The position numbers and the translations under genes were made by a program. From Porphyridium purpureum (Eukaryota), in contig VRMN01000006.1 of NCBI GenBank assembly GCA_008690995.1, forward strand, positions 744,001 to 808,000: a DNA stretch of 64,000 bases. Reading direction: 5' to 3'. The notes beneath the pieces are model-generated. The model was not told the DNA's origin. It did no database searches and saw nothing but the letters and a program-made list of their open reading frames with translations. Below are positions 42,989 through 54,381 of the stretch, in pieces. The stretch's first letter is position 1, and every line of letters begins with the position of its first letter.

Positions 42989-43574
42989 TTCCTCTCCCTT
43001 TCAACTGCTGCGAACCTACCCCGCCTTGACGCGTTGTAAGCCGATCTTTGCTCTCCCTTTGCCTTCTCCTCCCTGTCTTCCTTTTGCTTGGCTTCAAGTC
43101 GTCCAACACATTCTCAAACCGTGCCGCGCGCGCCGGCCCTTTTAAGCACATGTGAAACACCCCTTCGACCGCTCGAGGGGGTTTCCAAATTAACGTCCAT
43201 GCTCCTTCCCTCCCGCTTACCGCGCCTCTAATCTTGTCAGACCTTTTCCTTCACAACCCCTCAACAAGCCCTGCCGCAATGTGTCCGCTTTGTGCTCGTT
43301 CACGACTCCTTCCATTCCTCGTCCGACGACAACGCACACGCCCCTTCGCCGGCGCGCACACGCGCCCGCTCTGCTGTGAACGTCCGTGTCAGCGTCAACG
43401 CCGCCGGTGAACTGCTCCGCGGAATATTTCGGCCAAAGGGTCGCGAGCGCGAAAAGTGCGCCGAAGGGGCGTCGTCCGCGCCAAGTTCAGCGCGTCCGCG
43501 AACCTTCGCGCGACAAGCAACGAATTGCGGGCATCGAGCCGACTCGCCCAGCCGGAGGTGCTGCTCGCACGGGC

Positions 43575-44306
43575 ATGGCGCGGTCGGAGGAAAAGGCGCA
43601 GTCAATGCTGCACCGCTACTTGCGCGGGAAAGCAGACGCGCGGTCAACCTCCAGAGCCGGAGCTGCAGGTGCAGCTGTGCGGCCGCGGCTCGCGGTGTTG
43701 TGCGATGATGTCGCGCAGGCACAGCTGTGGCAGCGGCAAGTCGTGCGCGAGTTTGTTGCGTGTGTCTCCGAGCTGCACGACGAGACCGCTGCGCATGTTG
43801 ACGAGCTCGAGGAGAGCGAGCGCCTGATGGCGCTGAATGATCGCGCGAACAAGCTGCTGCGCGAGAAGCGACACTGGGATCGGCAAGTTCGGCGTCTTGC
43901 TAGGAACGAGGGCGATCGCTCGCGCGCCGGTGGGGCCAGAGAGGATGAGGCAGAGACAATTGCTGCAGCGGCCTCGCCCGGGACCGACCTGGCGCGCTCG
44001 CAGTATATTTACTTTGGGCGTGCGCGACACCTTCCGCTCGTACAGGAGCAGCTGGAGCGCGAGCGCATTGCGACGGCCAAGCGCAAGATTGCGCAGGATG
44101 AGCGGCGCGCGCTCACGCAGCATGTTGCCGAAATCCAGAAGCGCGTGCGATACACCTACTACGTCACGGACGGACACTACGGTCCAGATGCCGTACACCA
44201 AGTCAGTGACGACGACGCAGACGGAGATGTGCCCGTTTTGTACAGCGCCGAAGCTATTCAACTCATGATGCGAAAGCAAGTCGCGCTCAGCAGACTTCCA
44301 GGCTAG
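43575..44306 (+). CDS. ISY1: Pre-mRNA splicing factor ISY1
   Basis: MARSEEKAQSML, LNDRANKLLREKRHW, YIYFGRARHLP. Confidence 0.93.
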   Translation: MARSEEKAQSMLHRYLRGKADARSTSRAGAAGAAVRPRLAVLCDDVAQAQLWQRQVVREFVACVSELHDETAAHVDELEESERLMALNDRANKLLREKRHWDRQVRRLARNEGDRSRAGGAREDEAETIAAAASPGTDLARSQYIYFGRARHLPLVQEQLERERIATAKRKIAQDERRALTQHVAEIQKRVRYTYYVTDGHYGPDAVHQVSDDDADGDVPVLYSAEAIQLMMRKQVALSRLPG

Positions 44307-44921
44307 CTCGCATGCGGCAAGAATCCTCGCTCGACCCCAGCCACAATTTCGACATCGTGCCTCACACCAAGTTCGTGCACGCGAACATTCTGCTCCGCAT
44401 TTCGCGCGCACATGGCAGAAGTGTTGCGTTTGTTTGCTCCGCACGCGTGCTCGCAGCTGGCGGCACTCTGACAGTGACTAACATCTCGAAAGCCAAAAAA
44501 AAAGAGGCTTCGTAACCTGAATGCACGCGCTCCAGTTCACATGGCGGCGGATCACTATCTACGTCTTCCACACACACGTCCATCCGCGTACCCGCTTATT
44601 CCAGCTCCATCCTCAGCACGGCCGACCGCACGGAAAGCACTGTCATCGCCGGGCAAGCCAGCAAAGACGATCGTGACGTCGCGTGTCGAACGCGTCTTCC
44701 CGCGCCGCTGCCACGCTGCCATGCAAGCGCGCCCAGCGACGCACGCCGCCGAGTCAAAAATCACTGAGGCTGGAGGCTGAACGAGATTTTGCGTGACACA
44801 GCTCGCGTGGAGGCGATGGCGGCGGCGAAAGGACTTTACCGTTGACGCTGGACGTTGACAACGTGTTTGAACAACGAGAGGAGGACGAAGACCGCAAGTG
44901 AGACAGACGCCGCAGCGCAGG

Positions 44922-47117
44922 ATGGCGTGCGCAATGGCGTTTGCACTTGGTGTTCCGCTTGTGCGCGGCGGCGCGGGCAGAGGTGCGCACAGCTCGACGA
45001 CGGGTGTGAGACGAAGGGTAGAGAGTGATTGGCGGCATGGAAAGACGCCCGCGCCGGGTCTTGGCTTGGAAGCCCCTCGTTTGGTGAGGATGTCGGCGTC
45101 GTCAGGGTCTGGCCGGGCGGCGGCGCCGCGCAAGCCGTGGGCTGCGTTGCGGGCGAAGATGACGCAGCCTCGCTCGCGGCGTATGGAGCAGCCAAAAGAT
45201 AGGGAAGCTGCGGCGCAACAGATTTCGCTACTGCAGATGCTGCGTATTTCGGGTGCCAAGCCCAAGATTATGCTGATGGGCTTGTTGTGCTCGCTGGTAG
45301 TGTCCGCGTCCAATGTTGCCACGCCCACCGCGTTTGGCGTCGTCATGGATGCCGTGGCAGGCGGCGGCTCGAGCGAGGCGAAACGCTCGCTGCTGGTGCT
45401 GATTGGGATCTATATTCTTGGCACATTTGCGCAGGTCGCGGAAACCGCGCTTCTACGATTGTCTTCAGAGACCGTCGCCGCTAACTTACGGGTGCGGCTG
45501 TATGAGAAACTTCTCTCGCGCCGCGTCGACTTTTTTGAGCGCACACCAAGTGCAAAGCTGAATTCAATTTTGTCGAACGACATCAACGTGCTGCAAAACG
45601 TGCTCACGAATGAGGTCACCAAGATCATTCAAGCGGTCCTCGAGGTGATTGTGGTGCTCTTTCTGTCCATGCGGCTAGGTGGTCCCACGGTCGCGCTTGC
45701 TCTTTTGCTGTGCCTTCCCATTAATGCGTTGGGCGCTATTCAGTACCAGGGATGGGTCCGTAAGAGCGCGCAGGAGCTTGCAGGCAAGTTTGCGTCGGCC
45801 ATGGCTGACAGCGCGGAAAAGCTCTCCAATATCACGGTTGTGAGGGCGTTTGGCCTATTCTCGTACGCCAAAACCCGGTACGAACGCATGATTGCCGAAT
45901 GTACGGCCGTGGGTGTGCAACAAGGCATTCGAGAAGGTCTGTTGCGCGGGTTTTTGAAGAATAATGCGAACGTGACAGCGGTGGCCATGTTGAGCTTTTG
46001 CGCGTTTGCGCCGACGGCCCGAAAGCTCACGCCAGGAAATGCGCTTACGCTGGTGTTCATGTCGATCAATATGCTTCAAAATTTTAGCAAGCTGATCAGT
46101 GCATGCGGGGAGGTATCCAAGGCGCTCGGGTCAACGACAAGCGCTGTCCAAATCCTTCAGTTGCCGGACGCTCCCGCCGGTACGGCTATCGGCGACGCGG
46201 AGCAAGCAGGAGGCGGAACACGTGCTTCGTTTGCGAGTAGGACGATGGAAAGAGAATTGAGGGACTCGAGTGAGACTCCTGCGAATGTGTGGAGCAAGGA
46301 AAGCGCCGGCGCCATCCGTTTCGAAGACTTTTCGTTTGCGTACCCTTCGCGCCTCGAGCACCCGGCCTTGCGCGACATCAATTTGTCCATTCCAGCGGGC
46401 TCGTCCGTGGCGCTATGCGGTCCGAGCGGCTCGGGCAAGTCGACGCTGGCCAACATTTTGCTCAACCTTTACGACAAGTCTGCGGTGCGAACCAGCGGGA
46501 GAGTGCAGCTGGACGGGCATGAGCTTGAGTCGCTTGGCACAGACGTGGGGCGGCTGGTGGGCATTGTGCAGCAAGAATCTGCGCTGTTTGCGGGAACTGT
46601 GTTTGAAAACATTGCGCTCGGCGACGCTGAGTATTCCAGCGGTCAGGTGGATATGTCTGACGAGCGCCAAGTTGCGGCGTTGCGCGAACGCGTGGAGGAA
46701 GCAGCGGCCAGCGCCGGCGCGTGCGAGTTCATTGCGCGGCTACCGCAGGGCTACGACACGCACGTGTCCAAGAGCGCGCTGAGCGGCGGGCAGAAACAAC
46801 GCGTGTGCATTGCGCGCGTGCTTCTCCGAAACCCGCGTGTGATTGTGTTTGACGAAGCGACGAGCGCGCTCGACAACGCCGCGCAGCTCGTGGTTTTGGA
46901 CACGATCCAGCGACTCATTGACAGCCGCAAGTACACCATCATCCTCATCTCGCACCGTCTGCGCGCGCTGCCGCACGTCGACCAGCTCATTGTGCTTCGC
47001 CACGGCACCGTTGCCGAAGTCGGCACCGCGCAGCAGCTGCTCGACACCCCGCACAGCGCGTTCGCCAGGTTGCACGCATTGGAAGACGCCTCCATCACGC
47101 GCCAGCGGTACACCTAA
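44922..47117 (+). CDS. ABCB-family half transporter, probably plastid-targeted
   Basis: MAFAL transit-like start, TM domain, FAYPSR, GPSGSGKST, LSGGQKQR, DEATSALD, SHRL. Confidence 0.93.
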   Translation: MACAMAFALGVPLVRGGAGRGAHSSTTGVRRRVESDWRHGKTPAPGLGLEAPRLVRMSASSGSGRAAAPRKPWAALRAKMTQPRSRRMEQPKDREAAAQQISLLQMLRISGAKPKIMLMGLLCSLVVSASNVATPTAFGVVMDAVAGGGSSEAKRSLLVLIGIYILGTFAQVAETALLRLSSETVAANLRVRLYEKLLSRRVDFFERTPSAKLNSILSNDINVLQNVLTNEVTKIIQAVLEVIVVLFLSMRLGGPTVALALLLCLPINALGAIQYQGWVRKSAQELAGKFASAMADSAEKLSNITVVRAFGLFSYAKTRYERMIAECTAVGVQQGIREGLLRGFLKNNANVTAVAMLSFCAFAPTARKLTPGNALTLVFMSINMLQNFSKLISACGEVSKALGSTTSAVQILQLPDAPAGTAIGDAEQAGGGTRASFASRTMERELRDSSETPANVWSKESAGAIRFEDFSFAYPSRLEHPALRDINLSIPAGSSVALCGPSGSGKSTLANILLNLYDKSAVRTSGRVQLDGHELESLGTDVGRLVGIVQQESALFAGTVFENIALGDAEYSSGQVDMSDERQVAALRERVEEAAASAGACEFIARLPQGYDTHVSKSALSGGQKQRVCIARVLLRNPRVIVFDEATSALDNAAQLVVLDTIQRLIDSRKYTIILISHRLRALPHVDQLIVLRHGTVAEVGTAQQLLDTPHSAFARLHALEDASITRQRYT

Positions 47118-47322
47118 ACTGTACACCTTCATATCTAAACACACGTGTTTACTCACAGAATACTGTACTTTCACTGTACTTGAGGCGAGCTTTTGTCTCC
47201 TTTTTTTTTCTTCTTGGTTTTCGGATTCAGCATCCGAGCGCGCATGCGGGAGAGCGAGTGATGGGAAAGGGGAAGAGGCGGCGTGCGCGAGAGAGCGTGT
47301 GCGTTGGACGCGCAGCCGGGCA

Positions 47323-50163
47323 ATGGCAGATGATGCGGCGCTTCCGCCGCCCGACGCAGACTCAATGTCCGCGCTCGCGTGGATGCTGATGTCGGAAGAC
47401 GCGGCGAGCGTGGCGCGCGCGCTCGACCGGCTGCAGCAGCTGCTGCAAGGTGGTGACGCGCGACGTGGCGTGTCGACGGTGGAAAGTAACGGGAGCTCGG
47501 ACTCGCAGCGCTCCGACACCAGCTCGAGTACGAGTGCGAGCATGCCTAGAAGGAGCTCTGCTGCGCGCGCCGCGGCGACGCTGTCGAAGAATAGGAGCCG
47601 CCGCGAGCTCATCGCAGGCAGGCTGGGGCTCACGCAGACGCTGAGTCTTGTGACGCACGCGATGGAGCGCCACGGCATGCAAGATAAGGAGGTTGCGCTG
47701 CGCTGTCTGCACGTGTTTCTGGCCGTGCTGCGCGTCTCGCACGAGGCGCATGAGGCGCTCGTCGAAGCGCACATCACCGTTAAACTCGTGCAGCTGATCT
47801 TCCGGCACGGCTCGGACGTGGAGGTGCTTCACGCCGCCGCAAAGTTGCTGCTTAGTCTAGCTGTTGCGCAGGATGACGTGGCTTCTGGAGCGAATTCGCT
47901 GCTGCGCGCCCACTCGTCCTCGGATAAGCGAAGAGGCGAAACACAAGACGCGGAGAAAGGCACCACAAACACAAAGCAGACTACCCAACACCAAGTGTCT
48001 CCACCATACACCAGCATACAATCTCATGGCGAGAAAAAGTCAAGCTTGCTGCGAAGCGCGCCGCGTCTCCCGCAGGTCCGGCCTCTGCAACAAGATGCGG
48101 CCGGACAGGCAGGTATGACCCGCTCTGTTTCGCCATCACTTTCATCTACCGCAAGCACGCCCGTAGCGGCGTCGCTGCTCTCATCGCAGAAGCCCGTGAC
48201 AGCAGGCGCGCGTGCAGTTGGCGAGGAGGGCGGCGCGGATGCTGTGCTTGTTTGCCTCGAGACATTTTTCCATTCACCAGAACTGCTCTCGTCGGAGCAG
48301 CGCGTCGGGCTGGACGACGTGCTCCTCACTACGGCGCTGCTCCTTGTGGTAGTGAGTCGAGTTTCAGACCAGCTTAAGCGGCACATCGCAGTGGCTTGCG
48401 GCGGCCTCAACTTGTTCATGGACGTCTTTGAGCGCTCGCACGCGAGTCGTAACGTGACCTTGATGGCTGCGTCCCTCTGTACCTTGCAAGAAATGGTTTT
48501 GGAGAATGAGCCAAACAGGCAAGCGCTATTGCGCGTGCGCGAGGAGGATGTATGTGCGCGCATGCTTGATTTGATTGGCTCGGCGGTTCGCAGCGCAGAC
48601 ACGCATGATGAAGCGTCACTGCGCCTTGCTAAAAGCGGCATGCTTCTTCTGGGCGAGATCGTGGGCGGAAGCGAAGACGTTGGTCATGATGCTGGCGAGG
48701 CAGATGGCAGCCGAGCGCTCAGAACTGGGCAGTCGTGGTCACGCGCCATGATAAGCGTGCAGTGCGCGCTTGCCTTTCCAGAATCATACACAGTGCAGAA
48801 AATGACGCTGGACCAGCTCTATGATGTCTTTTGCCCGGCAGGTGGTGGCGGCACCAATGGCACCTTTGTTGATAGTGATGCCGATGAGCTTTGGCGCTTG
48901 TGTCAGAACGAGGAAGAAGGGTTGATCGACGTGGTACTATGCATCGCTAGTATGCTCCAAAAACATGGCGCGCTACATTCTGCTCTGTGCCAGCGATGTG
49001 CTCTTTTGCTTTCCTCCATGAAGCGATGCATGGTTTTGTTTGACGAGCGTGTGCTCAATACCGCCCTTTATTGTGATTTAATGCCCGGCATCTTGCTATC
49101 TGCGCTCCATGCGCATTCCCGCAAGGTGAAAGTGAGCGAAGCGGTGTTGCATACAATCCACGAGTACGCAAGCACGCTTGTCTATGATGAATCGAAATCA
49201 AGAGAGCTTGAAGATTTCTGTGAGTCCATTAAGCTCACCAGCGTGGTACAATGCATGAAAGTGCACACGGGCAGGCTTGCGCTGCAACAACTCGCATGTT
49301 CGATCTTGTTCTTGATCGCGTGCGGCAACAGGGTGAAGAGTCTGTCGGATCCTTCTGTTCTGGACGCGCTTCTCTACATCATGGAGACGTTTCCGGATCG
49401 GTTTCGTGTGCTACTTCACGCCATGTGGGTGCTAAGCGCGCTGCTACATGTGTTTGAGGACGAGCCCCGCTTGACTGGGGGTAGGAGTCTCAGCAAATCA
49501 AACAGTCTCACACGCAACCGCTCGAGAGATGCTGGCGGAGAGCAAGGACCAGTGTCTCGAATCTCACTTGCCTCAGGGCGAGATCAGCAGGGCGCGCATG
49601 TTATCGTTTCCAGCGACGCGCTCAATGTCAGAGTGTCCCGCATTATGGCTGTCACCGAAAAGGTTCAGCGTCGGCTGTCTGTTCGGCCGATGGAAGGAAC
49701 GATCTGTGCAGAAGCACCAGCTGATGATGACCGACTGCGCTACTTTACCGTGTCGGATGCTGAAGCTTCCACTTTGGTGCAAACGGCATGTGCGCAGCTC
49801 TTGGAGCTGGCCCGGCAGCGCGCAGCATGGACATCAATGCCTAGCGCGATGGACCGAGGTGGTAGTGCGAGCCAGTCGCTCAGCCGATTGCCATCTATGG
49901 GGCGAACAGCATCAGGCGCAGGCAATGGGTCGCACCAGCCGATGACGATGGGCGGGCGCCGCTTATCTACTGATACCTCCACTTCGGGGATCTTTTCAAT
50001 GTCCATGTCGAGCCTAGATAACCAATTTTCCGCCTCGGCATCGGATGAGCTGCCGATATCGGGGGATCGGCCTCGCAAAGTCACCTCAGCCAGAGGCGTG
50101 GGGTTGCCTCGAATCCCTCAGCAGCCTTTGGCCATTAACAAGCGCAGAGTAACTTTTGAGTAG
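47323..50163 (+). CDS. Large armadillo/HEAT-like repeat protein
   Basis: Likely ATG 47323; repeated amphipathic helix units (AMERH...VALRCL, VVQCMKVH...LQQLACSIL). Confidence 0.7.
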   Translation: MADDAALPPPDADSMSALAWMLMSEDAASVARALDRLQQLLQGGDARRGVSTVESNGSSDSQRSDTSSSTSASMPRRSSAARAAATLSKNRSRRELIAGRLGLTQTLSLVTHAMERHGMQDKEVALRCLHVFLAVLRVSHEAHEALVEAHITVKLVQLIFRHGSDVEVLHAAAKLLLSLAVAQDDVASGANSLLRAHSSSDKRRGETQDAEKGTTNTKQTTQHQVSPPYTSIQSHGEKKSSLLRSAPRLPQVRPLQQDAAGQAGMTRSVSPSLSSTASTPVAASLLSSQKPVTAGARAVGEEGGADAVLVCLETFFHSPELLSSEQRVGLDDVLLTTALLLVVVSRVSDQLKRHIAVACGGLNLFMDVFERSHASRNVTLMAASLCTLQEMVLENEPNRQALLRVREEDVCARMLDLIGSAVRSADTHDEASLRLAKSGMLLLGEIVGGSEDVGHDAGEADGSRALRTGQSWSRAMISVQCALAFPESYTVQKMTLDQLYDVFCPAGGGGTNGTFVDSDADELWRLCQNEEEGLIDVVLCIASMLQKHGALHSALCQRCALLLSSMKRCMVLFDERVLNTALYCDLMPGILLSALHAHSRKVKVSEAVLHTIHEYASTLVYDESKSRELEDFCESIKLTSVVQCMKVHTGRLALQQLACSILFLIACGNRVKSLSDPSVLDALLYIMETFPDRFRVLLHAMWVLSALLHVFEDEPRLTGGRSLSKSNSLTRNRSRDAGGEQGPVSRISLASGRDQQGAHVIVSSDALNVRVSRIMAVTEKVQRRLSVRPMEGTICAEAPADDDRLRYFTVSDAEASTLVQTACAQLLELARQRAAWTSMPSAMDRGGSASQSLSRLPSMGRTASGAGNGSHQPMTMGGRRLSTDTSTSGIFSMSMSSLDNQFSASASDELPISGDRPRKVTSARGVGLPRIPQQPLAINKRRVTFE

Positions 50164-50315
50164 AGAGGCGTGATGTCGCGCACGAATAGGAAAAGAATCG
50201 TTTTGGCCATTTGTTGATGATCACGGGGATCGCACAGCCCGTGTCAGGCCTACTCCTTAACCCGTACGTCCGAGTGCGCACTGCGGACGGATTCGAAACT
50301 AAATTAACTTTCAAG

Positions 50316-52355
50316 TTAGACATTCGCAAAGGCCGAAGCTTTGAGGGCAGAAGACTTTGTCTTCAGGCCGTGAAATTCAATGTTTTCGCGGTTGATCTGC
50401 ACATCGCTAGCCGGAGCACCGTTCATGCGGCTCAGCAGAAGGGCGCCGTGTAAGTGGATGCCCCGGTGCTTGGCATGTTGTTGTAGTGCATACACGGTCA
50501 CGTCCTGAACACCGAGCTGGCTAAACATGATGAGGTTCCCGTCTGAGAGACTCAGGTTCAGCAGCATGGCAAGTGCTTGCTCTTGTAGTGACACTTCACT
50601 CGGGTGCTTTCGCATCATGTCCACAGCAAGCTGGATCGCACCAGCGCTCACGGCAAGCCTGCGGTTGATCTCAACCCCATCCACGAGACATCGCAGCGTG
50701 CGCAGGCACGCGATCACGACCATCTCCGAATCCGACTGCGTCGAGCAAACGCTGATGACCGCCTCAAGCGCGCCGTGACGCCCAGCGGTTTCCTTGGCTT
50801 CCGCGAGGCCAAAGCAGCTGTTCCCGATAGCCAAAATTACATCTTCCGCAGCGCGCGAACCTTCGAGGAACGGTGGCGATTCTCCAAGCGCGCATTCACT
50901 GCGCTTGACCAAGGCGCCAATAAGCAGGCCTTCCAGAGCGCCGCACTCGTGAATCTGTGTTCGATTTAGTTCCGGGAAGGCCAAGTATCGAAAGAGCGGC
51001 GCACTCGCATCCACGAGGCTCCTCGTGACTGCAGCGCCCGCAGGGAAGGCATCCTTTGTGTGAATCGACGGTAGGTCACCTGCGCATAGCTTGGCGACTG
51101 CTCTGTAGATTACCGCAATGCCCAGCGTGGAGCCAACTTCAGCTTGAGCGCTCGTGTTTCTGGGCACGATATTTCGCAGTAGCTTTACCGCGTCGTCCAC
51201 GATTTTCACCAGACTAGAAAAAGGTGGCGCCGCGGGCGCCGGCTTGCACAGCTTGGCATCGCAAAACTTCAGCAAGTCGAGGCACACTCGAGTCCCGCCT
51301 GCCTTGCAGATCGCGTCACGTACCTCTGCTTTTGATACAGAAATATTCTGAAGCGCCACCATGCTCTGATGTTGCGCGTCCAAGATTTCGGTCTTCATGA
51401 CGCTCGTGTCAAACTGCGACGAAGAGAGTCGGTCCGCCTCCACTATCAGCGCAGCGAGCACTTTGCCATCATGCTCAGATGCGATGCGCGCCTGATTCGA
51501 CTCGCACTCATAAGCCAGATTTCTCAAGACAAGACAGCACGCATCGCGCACGCGATCCAAATCCGGCGTTTGAAGTGCCTGGCTACGCTGCAGCAGCGTC
51601 CCAACGGGACCTAGCGTGTGTTTTGCCACGTCAATCTTGCGCTTGTCACTTCCAAACGAAATATTTGAGATCGCCAGACACATTTCAGCTAGCATTTCTG
51701 CGTGTGCACTCGGGTCTGTGCTTGCCATCACGGCACCAAGCATGCTGGGCACATCATGTTCGATGAAAAAGTCGCGATTTGCTTCGCGCGCACTGAGCAC
51801 TTGCGCAGTTAGAATAAAGCAGCGAACGGCGTACATACGATCATCTACGGGCATCGCCTTATCGTTCAAGTGCGTAACCACGCCCATTGCCACACAGAGG
51901 CGCTTCAGCAGTCCATTGTCACGCACAGCATTCTGCGTGTCGCGCTCCGGACCAGCCGAGCATATCAACGCAATGAGCTCCACGCATTTGAGCGCCAATG
52001 CAGCGTCCTTCTTAACCGCGTGAAGTGCAAACAGCAACGGCGAGACCTCTTCGTGCCCAGCCAGCAGAGCGAAAGCCGCTGCGTCCATTTCGGCCGCCGA
52101 CGCGCCTAAACTCATACCTGCCAACTTTTCCAACGCACCCATCTGATTCTTTCGCGGCGAGAGCACCACAGCGGAGCTTACCGCACGCATTTCGGCTTTC
52201 AGAAGCCCACTCAAGCGCGCCGTCCTAGGTGACAGAGGCGGGCTGCTCCCAGTCCCAGCTCCATGCGACTCTCCAGACTCGTGCGCTCGAAGCAGTCGCA
52301 GCAAGTCGCGCGCCGCAGCCGCCGACTCGCGGCTCCGGAGCCACCGCAGTACCAT
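50316..52355 (-). CDS. Armadillo repeat protein
   Basis: Repeated (C/A)LxLxN units, GGTRVCL, GALEAVI, GAIQLAVDMMRKH. Confidence 0.85.
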   Translation of the reverse strand: MVLRWLRSRESAAAARDLLRLLRAHESGESHGAGTGSSPPLSPRTARLSGLLKAEMRAVSSAVVLSPRKNQMGALEKLAGMSLGASAAEMDAAAFALLAGHEEVSPLLFALHAVKKDAALALKCVELIALICSAGPERDTQNAVRDNGLLKRLCVAMGVVTHLNDKAMPVDDRMYAVRCFILTAQVLSAREANRDFFIEHDVPSMLGAVMASTDPSAHAEMLAEMCLAISNISFGSDKRKIDVAKHTLGPVGTLLQRSQALQTPDLDRVRDACCLVLRNLAYECESNQARIASEHDGKVLAALIVEADRLSSSQFDTSVMKTEILDAQHQSMVALQNISVSKAEVRDAICKAGGTRVCLDLLKFCDAKLCKPAPAAPPFSSLVKIVDDAVKLLRNIVPRNTSAQAEVGSTLGIAVIYRAVAKLCAGDLPSIHTKDAFPAGAAVTRSLVDASAPLFRYLAFPELNRTQIHECGALEGLLIGALVKRSECALGESPPFLEGSRAAEDVILAIGNSCFGLAEAKETAGRHGALEAVISVCSTQSDSEMVVIACLRTLRCLVDGVEINRRLAVSAGAIQLAVDMMRKHPSEVSLQEQALAMLLNLSLSDGNLIMFSQLGVQDVTVYALQQHAKHRGIHLHGALLLSRMNGAPASDVQINRENIEFHGLKTKSSALKASAFANV

Positions 52356-52859
52356 CGTGCTCCTTTGTTCCTACACTATTTCTGTGTCCGCGCACAACTC
52401 AACCCTCAAGATACGCCCTTCCCCAGTCTTTCTCGGCAACGCCAGTCACCGTACACCGCGCTCGAGGAAGCGCAGCGCAATGCCAGGCCGAGCTGCCGCG
52501 TTGCCGCGTTGCCGCGCTGACGCGCTGGCGCTCCGAGTGGACCGATCTTTGGCAAGACCGCAGCCCAATGGGACTGGTTCGGCAAGGAAACGGGACAACA
52601 ACTTACAGGCGACCGATGTGGATGTTGCGTGGTTGACAGCGGTTCACACGGAGCAGCTGGCGACATGGGCGTGATGGGAGGAGAGCGCGCACAAATTCGG
52701 ACAGAGACGGAAGAGAAGTGGCTTTTCTCTTCATGTGCACGGATGGCGAAGCTATAGAGCAACACAGGAGGTGCGCCAAGGAGCGACAGATTGAAACGCA
52801 CCCGCGAATGCGTCGCGCACCCTCAACCAACCTGGAGCGCGCTACGCATTTCACAAGCG

Positions 52860-53700
52860 CATATTGAAGCAGCGTATTGTCAGAGCATGGCTTGCCATAG
52901 CATACAGGCTTGCCTTCGCACCTCAAATGTCAGCATGTCGAGCAAGTAGAAGACCTAGTCGCCCGCCAAGTACGCCAACTCCGTCGTGAAAAGTATGACA
53001 TTGCCAAGGGTCTTTGAGGAACAGTATGAGTCTGCGGTGGAGCCGACAAAGGTATCGAACTGGTCAATGTATCTGCATGTAAACGGGATTCGGGTTCTTC
53101 CACTCGGACCTCGCTGCGAACGCACAGTCTAGGTCCTTAAAAGTGCGCCTGAACCAGCCGCACTGCATTCCACGCGAAGGATACACCACCGTGCCGATGC
53201 TTAAGATCCGTCCAAACAGCGTGCCATATTTGCGAACGCATTCGGCTTTCAAGCTCTACAGATCAGTCAAAACGGAGCCGTAGCCGGTGTGCAATGTTGC
53301 TGTCCTTTCGTAGAGTGGCGCGACTTGATCCACGTTTTTCGTCTGCCGGCAAGACGCCGAGCCGCTTTGAGCCCAACGCACTCTGAATGCGCTTGCAGGT
53401 TGCGCACTATTGGGAGACACCGCCAGCACGAATGGAGTTTTGCGGAAGAGAGAAGCGCTGGCAAAGCTTCTTCCGATGCGTTTTGCCGAACCCATGAACC
53501 AGCTCAGCGAACCAAGATTGTACGGTGTTCTGTGCCGGGCAGATTCAGTTGAAAGCCGGGCGTTGCTGCGTGGCGGGTCATTGTGTCGCACGGACGCCTC
53601 TTCAGCCGAATCAAGAAGAGCGATCACGTTTCAGCAATATTTCGGGCCGCTCGTAATCGCCAGCTTCGGACACTACACTCATGAAAAAGCGTGCAGCACA
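52860..53700 (-). pseudogene. Disrupted paralog of the secreted protein at 41849-42988
   Basis: GMQCGWFRRTFKDLDC vs GISCPWFRQAFSDLGC; TCRYIDQF...ADSYC...*VFYLLDMLTF vs MCTYIDEY...ADSFC...QVYYLLDNLIF; stops and frameshifts; boundaries approximate. Confidence 0.8.
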
Positions 53701-54049
53701 CCATCTCCTGCTGCGCATGTGCTGCAGCTCTGCCTGCACCTTTGCTCCTATATCCGCAACCGTGCAACGCCCACCCACATCTCTGGCCCTCACATGTCAC
53801 ACCTCAGGTCATCCTCCATATAAACTGCGACCAAGTCGGAGCGGGAACTGCGGCCTTTGTTCTTGTTTTACTAACAGAATGATCCGTTTTACTTTAAACA
53901 TGGATGGAGCTCCTCTTCAAAAGGCATGTGGGGGATGTCAAAACGGATAGGGGACAAGGCACATGTCTGGCCATTACTCAGCCATAGAGAGTCGGAATCG
54001 GTCGCGGGTTCCTTGCACGTATGCACCTTGAATATTCGCACACTTGAAT

Positions 54050-54381
54050 ATGCGCTTTGGCAGACGTGCAGAAAAACTGGCGCGTAGAGGCAGGTCCAAA
54101 GCCTCCCAAGCCAGTAGAATGGCATTCTTGAGCTCCAGCACCGTCTGATACTGCCTTGCACCTTCAGAAACCTTGCGCGTGAGTATCTCTCACAGGTTTT
54201 CGATGATATTAAAGTCCAGCGAGTACGCTGGCTACTTCAGAGGCTCCACATTCTCGTCATTCATGAAATTCTCAACCAGGCGACTTGTGTGCACTGGCGC
54301 GTTATTCTGCTGAAAAACCATGTTCAGGCCCACCATCTGACGGCAGCGTTCCAGCACATTGTCCTCTTGAAGCATGGAAAC
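54050..54381 (-). mobile_element. Tc3-like transposase relic, 3-prime part (left of the Gypsy insertion)
   Basis: MVFQQNNAPVHTSRL...LK*PAYSLDFNIIENL*EILTRKV. Confidence 0.85.

Noticed and set aside
46843..47322. Upstream extension of the 1106-aa ORF
   Set aside because: Overlaps the ABCB 3-prime end and its T-rich downstream region; ATG 47323 preferred
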